DNA of 64,000 nt from Octopus sinensis (Eukaryota), in the NCBI RefSeq assembly GCF_006345805.1, contig NC_042999.1, positions 132,494,001 to 132,558,000 on the forward strand, written 5' to 3'. Shown piece by piece: positions 24,034 to 37,109 of this stretch. Numbering within the stretch: the stretch's first letter is position 1; every line of letters starts with the position of its first letter. Under the pieces are notes generated by a model, which searched no databases, was not told the DNA's origin, and saw only the letters and a list, made by a program, of their open reading frames with translations. Made by a program: the position numbers and the translations under genes.

Positions 24034-24214
24034 TGTATGTCATTGTTCAGTTTTATTTCAAGATTTCTTGCCAACTGAGAAAGAACCGGTTTCAAGGTTC
24101 CTTCATTGGAATTTCAACATCAACAACATGATGTTTTTGTATGTATGTATGTATGTATGTATGTATGTATGTATGTATGTATGTATGTATGTATGTATGT
24201 ATGTATGTGTGTGT

Positions 24215-24252
<38 letters not shown>

Positions 24253-24319
24253 ATGCATGTGCAGATTTCTATGTTTCATGTATGTATTCTCATGCATATA
24301 GTTGCATATCTAGACATGC

Positions 24320-24975
24320 TTATATATATTTAAATGTTAAACTTCGGGAAAGTTTTTCAGATTTTACAGTTCCAGTGATAGATTGGATTTGTAGTTTTCG
24401 AATTAGCTTTCTCCTTTCTGGCTTTGAAAAGCCTATTTTCTCAAGATTGTTATTCAGGCAGTGTGTTACATATCCCAAGGCCCCAATAATTACAGATATA
24501 AACCTGAACTCGTAATCTGAACAGAGTAACTGCAGATTTCTCAATAGTTCAGCATAGTTGTTCTCTTTTTCACTGATCTTCAGCTTTATGTTAACGTCAG
24601 CTGGGCAGCTAATTTCCACAACTGTGCACAGTTTCTCTTCTCTATCCCAACTCATTATATCAGATCTATTGTGCTTGCATTTTATTGAGGTCTTCACTGG
24701 TATGTTCCACCAGTATTCCCTTTTATTATGAGTGGATATGGCTTCTACCATATTGTGGATTTTTATTTCTTTGTCCTCGGGATTATCCTTCCGACGGATT
24801 TCATTATAGGGTGTCCTAGCTACAACGTCATGACTCATCGGTAGATATATCGTGATGACATTTTCGGACAACTACTTATGATGTGGATAATATCTTCAGC
24901 GTGAACTCCACAAAGTCTGCGTCGGTTGTCACATTTTACGGCGTTTCCTGCATCTCTATCCCTTTTGTGCATCAG
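24320..24975 (-). mobile_element. RLE-type LINE 3' fragment (second family)
   Basis: CRLCGVHAEDIIHIISSC zinc knuckle, HDVVAR, RSDIMSWD...EISCPADVNIKLKISEK; homologous to 59870-60115. Confidence 0.8.
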
Positions 24976-25741
24976 GTATGTATGTATGTATGCATGTATG
25001 TATGTATGTATGTATGTATGTATGTATGTATGTATACACACATATTTTCATCAAGTTCTATATAAATAAATATATTTATATCAAGTTCTATATAAAAACA
25101 ACCTGGCATTAAACTTAATAATTATTCAATACTTTATGGCACAATACGCGTCTGTTAAACATTTATAAAGATGTGTTTTACCTATAGTTTCGCATCCGTC
25201 ATATCTAGAGCAAGCAAGGCTTTTCTAACGAAACCATCGCCAGATTTATGTAATAATGTTTACTTCACACTCGTTGAATCTTAAATATGGTTCTATTCAC
25301 TTATAGTACACAGCAGAGTACATGCACATTGTTTCAAAATTACAAGCAACATTCATATATTATCACTTCTGCATGGTTGAATACTGTCAAAATTTATGGA
25401 TATGTATGTAATTAAAATAATAGTTTTCCAGCGATATACAGTGTGATAAAACGTGTGAGACTGAAGGTTCATATTCATGAAACAAAATAGAAACGCCAAC
25501 AACAGAATCAAGGGGAATATATGAAAGATTATTTTAATTTTAAAAATATGTCTTCAATTAGTGATGCCTTTTTAAAATAATCAGACACCTCGCGAAAATA
25601 CAAAATAAGATTGTTTCACTTATATTGTTATAGTTCTGTAGTTAAATATAGAATAGGCTCCATTCCATTTAAGACAAATTATGAATGTATATATATATCT
25701 TTTTGTATAAGAGATAGCTTCATGTTGGGAGTACTGTGATA

Positions 25742-27125
25742 TTAGTATGTATTACACTTCAAAGCGCAACAATCTCCAAAGTAATCCATAAAATTTATTT
25801 CTGACGTAGCATTGTCAAAATGCACAGTAACACAAAGTAGTTGCATGTTATCTCTTCACAACCTGCATCAAAGTAAACCAAAATATTTGCAAGAATAGTT
25901 CGCTGCACAAACAGACATTGGTGAATATTCTTCGTACTGAAGAATATTCTTTTTATTCAGCGATATATTTCTACATGAACAAATTGGATTGGGATTCAAG
26001 ACACCATTATTACAAGTAACATTTTCGTAAGAATTCCTCGGGTAATAACGGCGACATGAATAAGTAATTTGCGTAATTTGTAGAATTGAGCTGCCAAACG
26101 GAAGATATTGTAAAATGTGTGAATATCGGTAGCTATATATGCCAAATTCGGGTAACAGTTGACAGCTCTTTACACACCTTGGAAGTGTTCCACTCCATGT
26201 TCCATTTTCTAAACAGGTCCTTTTAGAATCTCCCAACAATGTTTCTCCTGCTGAACAGCTTTATTCGACAACTGAAGAAATACGTGACAAAATAAAATTT
26301 ATTTCACTTCGTGCCTCAATTGTACCCGATTTTCTGCACTGTATGACTGGGTACCATTTACCTGACAAGCATTGAACGATTCCAAACGCAACTGGAATGA
26401 AGGATCGGTTGCAAGAATATATCACTTTTCCTCCTTCATTGATTAATGTTCTGGATTTTAAAATTGTACCTTCAGAAATAATCACCACTCCGCCAACATT
26501 TTCCGGCACAAAACATTTCAACGTGCAGACAGGTATTGGAAAGTTCCATTCCGTCTTGAAGACAAGTTAATACTGAATCATCATTCAGATTATATGGTTT
26601 TGAGTAACTGGTTTCGTTAATTTAACTTCATTTGTATTGTTTATATTGCCAATTTTCAACGTGCAGACAGGTGTTGCAAAGTTCCATTCACCATCTTGAA
26701 GACAAGTTAACACTGATTCACCTTTCAGGTTATATGGTTTTGAGCAACTGAAAGAAATGGTTTCGTTAATTTTAACTTCATTTGTATTGTTAACACTGCC
26801 ATTTTTCGGTGGATGCGGTGGGAGACATTTTGTAGTTTCACAAACTGGTGGTAGAGACGTCCACTGCTGATTTCTTGACAACGTGTTGTAGTGTTTCCTC
26901 GCATATAATAACCATAAAAGCATGTGAAATGAACAACAGAGTTATATGTGTATGCAACATTGGTTAAGATACTGTGAGCAGGTTTATGAAAAATTGAGCA
27001 GGCTGTTAACTTATATTTTTTATCTTGATACCTCTATTTACCATTCTGACAAACGTTGGCTTGCTCGAAAATAGCGGTTGCATTTTTGTTCCAGACATAT
27101 TTTTTGTTCTTCCCATTTTACGATT
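25742..27125 (-). pseudogene. Sushi-array gene copy 2 (pseudogene)
   Basis: Colinear with copy 1 but lacks ~340 bp including ATG and signal peptide, has several frameshifts and a ~135-bp tandem duplication of the CCP3 end; terminal DCCALKCNTY* at 25742. Confidence 0.9.
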
Positions 27126-27220
27126 CTACAACTACATCTCAGAGAAATATTTTTCAGTTATATACTTACTTTGAAATCGAGGCTTATGACATTGCTTAGG
27201 GAGAGAATAAGAGAGATGGA

Positions 27221-27260
27221 TATTTATAGTAGGAGGGGTTTGAAGATTAGTTGATTGGCT
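27221..27260 (-). promoter_or_regulatory. CCAAT/TATA block upstream of copy 2
   Basis: TATTTATA at 27221-27228 and ATTGG at 27254-27258 on the plus strand, same spacing as copy 1. Confidence 0.5.
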
Positions 27261-27388
27261 ATTTTAATTTGAATAGTAAAATGTGGCTTATATTATAGCT
27301 GAACAGTAGAAGTAGTGTTGCACAGCAGTAAGCATGTTTGCATAAATTGCATGCATTAGATTGGACACACACACACACAACACACACA

Positions 27389-27433
<45 letters not shown>

Positions 27434-27579
27434 TAAACAAATACATACACTCACACACTCTACATTTGGTGAAACATAGGACCTGGATGATTAAAATATC
27501 AATATGACCAGGGGACATAGTATAAATCCACAGATTGCTGAGAAAATCTAGTGCGCATGACTATCTGTAGGATAAAATC

Positions 27580-27938
27580 TGTACGTATGTGTTTTTTATT
27601 GTGTTGGTTTGAAAGAAGTTTCTGAGCTTTTGCAAGTTCACAGCGACAGGAAAATCCTTGTTGAAAATTCCTGTAGGATGAGGAATAGAATAGCAGAGCA
27701 TAATGTTTAGTGTCGGTTAGAAATGATGGACATAATTTGGGTGATGAGGGGAAGCGAAATACATAAATCTGAAGTGTTTGAGTGGACGTAAGTCGAGACG
27801 AACCAACCAGGCCGTAATACAGGTCGATTAGAGGTGTATGGCTAGCTTTAGTTGCGTTTTATATAGAGAGAGGGGGTGGAGACATAGAGGGAGAGAGAGA
27901 GGAGCGTAGATGCAGAGAAACAGAGAGAGAGAATGAAT

Positions 27939-27988
<50 letters not shown>

Positions 27989-28570
27989 GAGAGAAACATG
28001 ATGGTGTGATACATCTCGTCCAGTCATCAGATTGGAAGAATTGTTTAGTGGACGTTTTTGGAGGTGACAGTAAATACGCCGTTGATGATTTACAGAAAGA
28101 ATGATGAAAAGCAAACCGAAACTGGGGGTGTCCAAGAGTTAATAATGTATGTTCGAGCGACACCCATCATCACACGCTCGATAGTGAAATTTGACACGAT
28201 TTTACCGCTCTACAGTAGCGTAACTAGATGATGTACCACCAGCGGGAGCACTTGTTCTTAAACTATTTTCTAGTACCCTCAGGTGACTGAGTTAGCCCAA
28301 GTGTCAAATTTCGTCATGTGTTGTGTGTGGATGGTTGTCTCTCGGCCATACTTTATAAACTTTTGGACACCCCTAATTTCGGCTGTAGAAGAAACTAGAC
28401 AAATAGATGGAATTGTCTCTTTCCATGCATCTAAGCGAATACATATGCTGCATGTACCATTCCTTGAAGGCATTGGTCATCATGCCCGTGTAGTGCCTTG
28501 GGATTCGATGAGATGGCGTGGGAGTGGGTCTTTGGAGTACTACAATTGAGAGGCAGAATCATCTTAGAGG
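27580..28570. repeat. Upstream flank block of copy 2
   Basis: Homologous to 20290-21700 with an internal deletion. Confidence 0.75.
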
Positions 28571-28787
28571 GCAGAGGGATAGCACAATTACATAGTACAT
28601 AGTAACACTGATCACATTTTTAATTCAATCAATTTATAACCACAACAAATTTCAATATAATCTGAATCTATAACTATATCTACATTATCTGAAGCGTATT
28701 TGTCGAAAATTCCATGCTCCTGAAAGTTATTAGGAAAGACATTCGTTGGGACACATATGTTAGCTTTAGCTAACCCATGCCGGTTAC

Positions 28788-28911
<124 letters not shown>

Positions 28912-29149
28912 CGTATATATTTTGGCAACAAGCATTTCAGTTAGAGATATAGAAACAATAACCGCATATTCCAGGTATGCTGATGCAAATAGGAAAAATA
29001 GAACTCAAAATATGAGTATATGGATATTTTTTATTACAATTCAGCAGAAGTAACAGAGCCACTCAATGTCCGAGAGTCTCGTGCGTTGGCACTTATCACT
29101 TTGATAAGTGCCAATGCACAAAACTCTCGGACCTTGTGTCACTCTGTTA

Positions 29150-29930
29150 TATATACTCTTTTACTCTTTTACTTGTTTCAGTCATTTGACTGCGGCCATG
29201 CTGGAGCACCGCCTTTAATCGAGCAACTCGACCCCGGGACTTATTCTTTGTAAGCGTAGTACTTATTCTATCGGTCTCTTTTGCCGAACCGCTAAGTGAC
29301 GGTGACATAAACAGTTTCCGTCTACCAAATCCACTCACAAGGCTTTGGTCGGCCCGAGGCTATAGTAGAAGACACTTGCCCAAGGTGCCACGCAGTGGGA
29401 CTGAACCCGGAACCATGTGGTTGGTAAACAAGCTACTAACCACACAGCCACTCCTGCGCCTATATATATACGAAGGAAAGAATAAATAGATTCAAAAGGA
29501 AGACAGAGAGCGATTCGACAGCTGTCTAATGACCCCTACACATGTTTCGATACAACGTAGATCCACATATATACAGGGTTTAAATTTGAATTAATTAATA
29601 GTTTACCTGTATAATAGGATTTAGTTGTATTTCCTCAGGTGATAAATAATCGGTGTCTCCGTAAATAAATGTCTAAATTAGATGCTATCACATCCAACTG
29701 GCTCCTCAGTTTCAAGCCGGTCGGTCTGAGCTTGCCGCTAATACGTTCTTAACGGAATACACTTTAACTATATATATTCCTTTACTCTTTTACTTGTTTC
29801 AGTCATTTGACTGTGGCCATGCTGGAGCACCGCCTTTAGTCGAGCAAATCGACCCCAGGACTTATTCTTTGTAAGCAATGTTAGGGGGACAAACACAGAC
29901 ACACAAAGATACACACACACACATACATAT

Positions 29931-30008
<78 letters not shown>

Positions 30009-30170
30009 GACGGGCTTCTTTCAGCTTCCGTCTATCAAATTCACTCACAAGGCTTTGGTCGGCCCGAGGCTATAGTAGAAGACATTTACCCAAGGTGCCA
30101 CGCAGTGGGACTGAACCCGGAACCATGTGGTTGGTAAGCAAGCTACTTACCACACAGCCACTCCTACGCC
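29150..30170 (-). mobile_element. Two SINE family B copies (29150-29460 and 29775-30170)
   Basis: Reverse complements of 9611-9995. Confidence 0.9.
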
Positions 30171-30306
30171 TATATATATAATATTTAACATTATAGTCGA
30201 TTTCGATATAATCATATTTAATAATAGAGTTTATTATAAGTAAAATTATTATATTATATATATTATTTATATCTTAAAAATATTGATTATATTTTAGATA
30301 TTTAAA

Positions 30307-30373
30307 CCACCTGATGAATGACTGCGACTCAAAAATTTGAAGAAGTTAGCAGGCATGAAACGATCGTAGTGTG
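30307..30373 (+). ncRNA. Type I hammerhead ribozyme motif with extended stem II
   Basis: CCAC-CTGATGA-ATG...CAT-GAAA-C-GATC-GTA-GTG; same family as 44221-44263, with similar downstream AT-rich sequence. Confidence 0.65.
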
Positions 30374-30510
30374 ATATTAATTATATTTTTTAATAATTTT
30401 GTTATATACTTAAATAATATAAATATAATAATCTTATGTATTGGCTTAAGTTTTTCATTGTTTGATTTGCCTAATAGTGGTTTTGTCTCTAATTTAATAT
30501 AATATAATAT

Positions 30511-30543
<33 letters not shown>

Positions 30544-30556
30544 GTATATATTTATG

Positions 30557-30591
<35 letters not shown>

Positions 30592-30624
30592 ATGTATATA
30601 TATATATATGTATATAAAGGGAAA

Positions 30625-30860
30625 GTTTACGAAAATAAACAAAAGACGAAGGCAGGTGGTGCACAAACAAACAGATGTATTAGTATAGCGCACAGGAATA
30701 GAAAAAGTATTTTAGGTTTCGAGCCTACGCTCTTCTACAGAAAGGTACACAGAAAAAACAAAGAGAGAAACAAGGAGAGAAAAAAATGTGTGTAGTAGCT
30801 AACGATCTATCATGGCATCTGACTCGAATGGTCAGACAGGAAGGGGAAAGTAGGGGAGAT
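30625..30860 (-). mobile_element. Penelope-like terminal repeat fragment with variant hammerhead at 30709-30744
   Basis: Reverse complement similar to 43520-43715 and 15100-15260. Confidence 0.6.
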
Positions 30861-31360
30861 AACAAGGTCAAGATGATATATATATATATACGTATACATA
30901 CATACATACATACATACATACATACATACATACATACATACACACACATATATATATATATATATTTATATATGAATGATTCAATAAATTATGTTTAATA
31001 ATGTTTAAAAAAAAACACCATTATCATGTTTTCGTTGGGCTTACAAATGTCAAATTATTTGACATACATGTACAGAATCGCGATGTGAGTCCTTGTTATG
31101 TAAAACATGCATAAACAAAAAATTGCAGACAAAGCCTAAGAATAATGCTGCTGAAGAAAAAATGCAGAAATTTCGACGATATTTGTAAGAATATTTTCTT
31201 ATTCTTAAAACTAATCTATATTTTTATATAGTCTGCATATCACAGACGATGGAATTAAATAGATAAAACCAGTATGCAAACACAAAATACAAGCAGAATG
31301 TGAAAACTATTGATATGTGTAATTATAATTGTGTATATATATATATATATAATGTATATG

Positions 31361-32020
31361 TAGGTGGTCTGATCAATAAGTAACTGGACTGTTGCCATAG
31401 TAGCGAAGCTAATGTACGCAGAGTAAAGCCGCTTGCTACAGATTAACCTTGACGTTTGTTGCGCATGCGCAGTAAGTTTTAACGTTCTAGCTCACATATG
31501 CTGTTTACAGTAGTGCTTGGAAGGAAGGTCTGTAGCGTGTGTCCCTTGCATTGACTATGACAGAGAAAGTTGAGCAGAATATTTGCATCAAAGTTTACCA
31601 AAGTTTATGGAAGTTGTCCAGAGGCCTACACAAAGTTTTCAAAAAGTGTTCATGGCTCAATCAAGGAGATCTTGTACAGCTGAAACTCTAGTGTCTTTCT
31701 TGTCAGCTGAAAACAGTTTGGGCACAAACTTGGCAGACATGCGTCTCATACACAAATCTTCAGTGATAATGGACTGAACTGAACCATAACTAATTTGCAC
31801 ATCTTCTGATAACTCACGGATGGTGATTTGAATAATTCCCCTCACAGCTTCATGCACATCTGCAATGTTTTTCTCAGTTCTGCAGGTTGCTGGTCGCCCA
31901 AAACGTTCGTCCATCTTAGAAAGTCGGAATTACTCGTACACTTCTGTGTGGCTCATACATTCCTCTCCATACACTTTCTGTAACTTTGCGTCGGCCTCTG
32001 AGCATGTATCACCATGACAA
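31361..32020. mobile_element. Mariner 5' half with an internal inversion
   Basis: TIR-like GGTCTGATCAATAAGTAACTGGACT near 31365; MTEKVEQNICIK on plus at 31557; continuation GRPATCRTE...MRRMSAKFVPK on minus at 31657-31914. Confidence 0.8.
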
Positions 32021-32749
32021 CTTTATATATACATAGATGTATATATATATTTAAGGGTTACACTACTTTTCCTATATTCCGGGACTGGAGAAATAGGTAC
32101 TGCACACATCATTCGCAGGTTCGTAACTCTGATGAGATAGAAATCGTTAATTGTTCTTGATGTTTTAAGCCAACACTTTCAGGAGAAACATGGAGAGGGA
32201 GGGAATTTCAGAGGTGTATCATCTGCGAAGGAAGGACTAGGTGTAGCAGGTTATTGCGAATCCTGAGGGGTTTGGACACACCACAACATGAAATAGAAGA
32301 AGATGAGAGACATACAGATTGGTAGTGCTTGAGGTGAGTTGGCATGAGACCAGCCAGCAACGAGGAACTGAGCCCATTATATTGGTGGCCGAAAAAACAC
32401 TGTTATGCCAGTCAGTCATGTAGCTTTCTCTTGGTACGGTTTAGAATGTTTCTGGTGCAATTGTGAGACATCTAGCAGTTTGCTGTTCATGTTTCAAATG
32501 TATGAAGTGCGATGTTTTTCTTTTGATATGATCAATCCTCGTGTATATTTACTATTGACTCCAATAGAGGAAATATGCGCAGTCACAGTTCATAGGTCAT
32601 TGTATGTTTCTTTTGCAGTGTTATTATTACTGGCCAATGATGCGTAGCCGGGGAAAATTGTTGAGGAAGGAAGAATAGTAATGTGCGCATAAGAGTTAAA
32701 CATCATACTTTTACAATAGAATTGTTGAAGGCGGACTGGCCAGCCGGAA

Positions 32750-32813
32750 AATGTGTATACAACATTTATTAAAATACTGTGAGCAGGTTTATAAAAAATT
32801 TGGCAGGTTGTGA
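32750..32813 (-). pseudogene. Relic of a fourth sushi-array gene (start of CCP2)
   Basis: Minus strand reads TTCQIFYKPAHSILINVVYT versus copy 1 TACPIFHKPAHSILTNVAYT; lies just beyond the same LINE-containing downstream block. Confidence 0.7.
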
Positions 32814-33118
32814 AGATAGTGTAAAATTACGTCGAACAAATTAAGAAATTGGTCAAATCCTGTGTACGATCTGCTGAGGTCATTAGAAATAAAGGATTGT
32901 ACACATCTTAATATATTGACGTGGATTGTAAAAATTTCTGGCAAAATTTTGAATTCTTGAATTTTACGGTATATGTTCTCTAATTTAGTCGATTTTGTAT
33001 TTTCAAATAAATATTTTTTCTATTATAAATTATTTAGTTATTAAGCACTTCTTACACATTTTATTGTAAATAATGAACATACTTTAAAGTATATACAGTA
33101 AAAATTTAAAGAAGAATG

Positions 33119-33445
33119 TTACGATCGTGAAGGGGAATCACAATGACCTTTTGTATGCACAATTTGTGATAGACCATGCCTTTCTTTTACTGGGCTCAAA
33201 TCCACTAAAAAAGAACTTTCACTAACTATTCTGTCTATATGTCTGTGTACACTTTTCAATGCCATGTATACCATAAGGTCTGCAAGTCTAACGGAGATCC
33301 ACAAAAGACATTTTAAGATCCACAAAGATCAGAACTTAACTGCAGCTCTTGGTGGTCCAGATCGGATATGCAATCTATGTGGGTATCTTCAAAACATTGC
33401 CTGGTTTAAAAACCACATCAAACGCCATGATGGATCTAAGGTGTA
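33119..33445 (+). other. Degenerate C2H2-type zinc-finger-like fragments, probably a LINE C-terminus
   Basis: FVCTICDRPCLSFTGLKS and ICNLCGYLQNIAWFKNHIKRH in broken frames. Confidence 0.35.
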
Positions 33446-33485
33446 AGTACAGGTGATCAGATTCTGCATAAAGAGGAGACAATCA

Positions 33486-33564
<79 letters not shown>

Positions 33565-33572
33565 ATATATAT

Positions 33573-33619
<47 letters not shown>

Positions 33620-34189
33620 TGGTGTGTGTGTATGTGCGAATGTGTGCATATGTACATACATTACATACATACATATGTGTGAGTGTGTATGTATAATCCC
33701 CACCCACACCGATCTATATACATCCATACATACATATACATTTCGTAGATATTCGGTGAAAGATACAGAAAAAAATACTCCGAAGTTATGTATGTATGTA
33801 TGTATGTATGTATTTATGTATGTATGTATGTATGTATGTATGTATGTATGTATGTATGTATGTATGTATCTATCTATCTATCCATTTGTCTGTCTATCTG
33901 TCTGTCTATCTGTCAATTTTGCTTCCTGGGTTTGGGAGAAGTGCAATAATAATAACCTTTGCACCCCTCCGGGACCGGTGTGATTCAGGCTATCAGTGTT
34001 CCACTTAAGATACTGCAGGGTAACACTTATCCGAAAGACATGAAATAGGATGCGGAGCGAGCCGCTTTCCAGATAACTGATATTCCGAAAGGCAAGACTG
34101 GGAAAAAAATTATTCGAACGGGGTCTGCAGTATAGATGATGAAAGAATGAGGAGGAAGAAGAAGGGGAGGAAAGGAAAAAAAGTAGGTC

Positions 34190-34680
34190 GAGGATGTCTT
34201 GTGGGGGGAAAAGACATGAACAAGGAGTGAATTCAGTGGTGTGTAATTGCTATTAAACGAGTCAAGATTTGCATGTATGCAGAGTGTGGGTTACGAATGG
34301 TTGGGGAAGATTACTTAAGTATTGAAAGGTAGCATCATTTTCATAAGGGTGAGTGTTTCTGGAACTGGCGCCCTGCAGGTAAATGGTGCATAAACGTGAT
34401 TAGGGGATAAAACATAACCTTGGGGCATGCCAGAGTCAATAAAATTGGGGAAAGGAACAGCTGAGCCAATACATGAGGCGATAGTGCAATATAATAGCGA
34501 GCTGTCAATTTAAGAGACGCGAGACAGGTGGGACTCGTAGACAAATATTTCGATAGAGATTCGCATGCACAAACACGGTCGAAAGTTTTGTTGATGTTGA
34601 TGATAAGGGACAAAATAGTGGTTTCCTTAAATTTCTCCAAGGTAAGAGCCCGCCAATGGGTTACTGAAAAGGTTACCTGC
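34190..34680 (-). mobile_element. Deleted CR1/jockey-type LINE fragment
   Basis: ININKTFDRVC (DISKAFDRVW-like) joined directly to a segment resembling the C-terminal SLFYRYY region. Confidence 0.45.
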
Positions 34681-35429
34681 TTATCTGGTTGAACCGAGAC
34701 TGTACTGGTGATCGTAAAGAGAGAATGAAAGAGAAAAAGAGAGGGATGGGGAGGGGTAAAGACAGAGGAAGAAATAGAGATGAAGAAACAGAGAGGGAGA
34801 AAGAGAAAGTGAGAGAGAGAGGGGGGTTAATGAGTCCAGAGAGTAAAGAGGCTATGTCTATTGAGCAATGTTTGAGGGAAATGTAAACTACTCTGATGGC
34901 CTTGTTAATTCGAAGTGACCAATGGTGCTTCCGTACTTGGCATGTGTGTACAGAAGGTGGTGATTGTAAAAGGGAGGGAGGCGAAAGAAATGGCGGTGAG
35001 TTGCCATATATGTTCGGTGTTGAGTTGGATGACATGTGGGCAGCGGAAGTGGTAATCTTTTTAGCAAGGTACCAAAAGGACGCAGTCTTTGGAGACTAAA
35101 AATACGGTTAAATCTTAATGGTTAGGACTAAAAGAAAGAAGAGAGAAAGAAAATTCTTGTTTGATGCAATTAATAAACAGATCTTCAATAATCAGTTTAT
35201 TGAACAGCTGAACGACAAGCATAACAGTAAGATAATACAATCTGACATCCTTGAATTTAACACTTCTGTTAATGAAACCTTTTGCAAATGAGCCGCAATG
35301 TAGTAATAACATCACCAGTTTGGATACAGATGTCATGATGAATGGTAGAAAATCTCTAGGATCAGTAGTTGCGAAGCTAGGATGGCGGTTGGTAGCGATG
35401 TGGATGACCCGTAGCAATGGTGATAGTCA

Positions 35430-36500
35430 ACCACGTGCGAGGGTCTGTGTGTAAGTCTGAATAGGGAGTAAGGATATATTTTGGCAAACTCGAGAGCTGT
35501 TCTTGTCGGCATGCAACACTGTAGATCGGTGCCTTCAGGTCAAAATTTAACATCGGATATATATTGATGGGCGTCTCTTTGACATACGCTATAAAATTTT
35601 GGACAACCATAATTTCGATTTTACTTTCAACATTCTTCTTCCAGAACAACATTGGTGTAATTGCTGCCAATTCCAACAACTTCCACTACAATACAAGCTT
35701 TATTCCTCTTAAATCTTTCCCTGTCTGACATCATTCATATGCAATGTAAAAACCTCACGCCAAACTTGCATTAACTCCATAAACAGAGACATAGAAACCA
35801 TTCTTTAATGTTGTCAAAATCACTTCAAATAATTTCGTAAAATACACACTAAACATGAAGGACAAAGCTAATAGTTTCAACTACTCGGCCATTCACATCA
35901 CTGAGAATCTCTCTCAGGGAAAGTAATCTTTGGTATAGTCAAAATTACATCACTAAGATTGGCCCGCTGGTAAAGAAAATCTTTCAGACCCTAACAAGGG
36001 CCTAACTACTTACAAGGCACAACTGAAAGCCATAATGTAATATTGTCTCTGCAGATAAGACGGTGTTGATAGCGTGCATACGAAATTACAAGATCACTTC
36101 CAAGAAGATGATCAACCGACTGACCATCGTGACATTCTTCAAACCACTGACAAACGAACACGAGGTGTAACTCCGTCTCTCTACCTTCACGTTCCTCTCA
36201 CTCTCTCTCCCTCCCACTCCCTCTCTCCCCCTCTCTCTCACGCGACTACAGTGAGCTTTACTTCTTTGACTTGCTTGCCTTCTTTACAGTCTGGCTTGTT
36301 GATCTCGTTCTGCCTCCACTCAGGAACTCCCGACCCATGTATTTTGCTTCCTCTCATCACCCAAATTATGTCTACCATTCATACACGGCACTAAACATTA
36401 TGCTGAGTCATTCCTTTAGTCAGCCTAAAAAAAGTGTGGACAATATTTCTCCTATCGCCGTCAACTTGCGACCACTCAGTGCTATCTATCAGATCAATAA
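35430..36500. repeat. Inverted, more diverged upstream flank block of copy 3
   Basis: Reverse-complement similarity to 20290-21400 (e.g. TCATCACCCAAATTATGTC versus GACATAATTTGGGTGATGA). Confidence 0.7.
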
Positions 36501-36890
36501 AGTAACAAACATGTATGAAATTTACTCAATTTACTCAACTTTACACATACAGAGTTTTCATCTTGTGGTAATTTATGCGTACTTGATTTTCTCTGCATTC
36601 TGTGCATTTATTTTATTTGCCCTGTGCACATTAATATTTTTAATTTTCAAACCATATGTTTCAACATATGTAGTGTGTGTGTGTGTATGTGTGTGTGTGT
36701 GTGTGTGTGTTTATGTGTGTGTGTGTGTGTTGTGTGTGTGTGTGTGTGTGTGTAGCTAATTCAACTATGTAATTTATGCAAATACGCTTACTACTGTACT
36801 ACATGACTTGTGCTGTTCTGCTATAATCTAAGCCACATCATAATATTAAAATTAAAATAACCAGCCAGCAAATCTTTAAGCCCCACCTCT

Positions 36891-36898
36891 TATAAATA
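36891..36898 (+). promoter_or_regulatory. Putative TATA box of copy 3
   Basis: TATAAATA in the position homologous to copies 1 and 2; the CCAAT position is altered (CCAGCCAGCA). Confidence 0.45.
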
Positions 36899-37109
36899 TT
36901 CTCTCCCTAAGCAATACCATATGCCTTAATTTTAAAATTAAAGAAGTGTATATACGAAAATATTTTTCTAAGATACACTTGTGGAATCGACCAACTGCCT
37001 ACTAATTCGACTGTAAAGGACTTACTGAAAATATAAAACTAACAGCTATTCAATCGGCAATATAGTTTTGTAAATTTTTCACGTAAAGTTTACCATCAAA
37101 ATTCAGAAA

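Noticed and set aside
29530-29600. Possible minus-strand hammerhead (GAAACATGTG)
   Set aside because: CTGANGA core not recognisable; too decayed to support.
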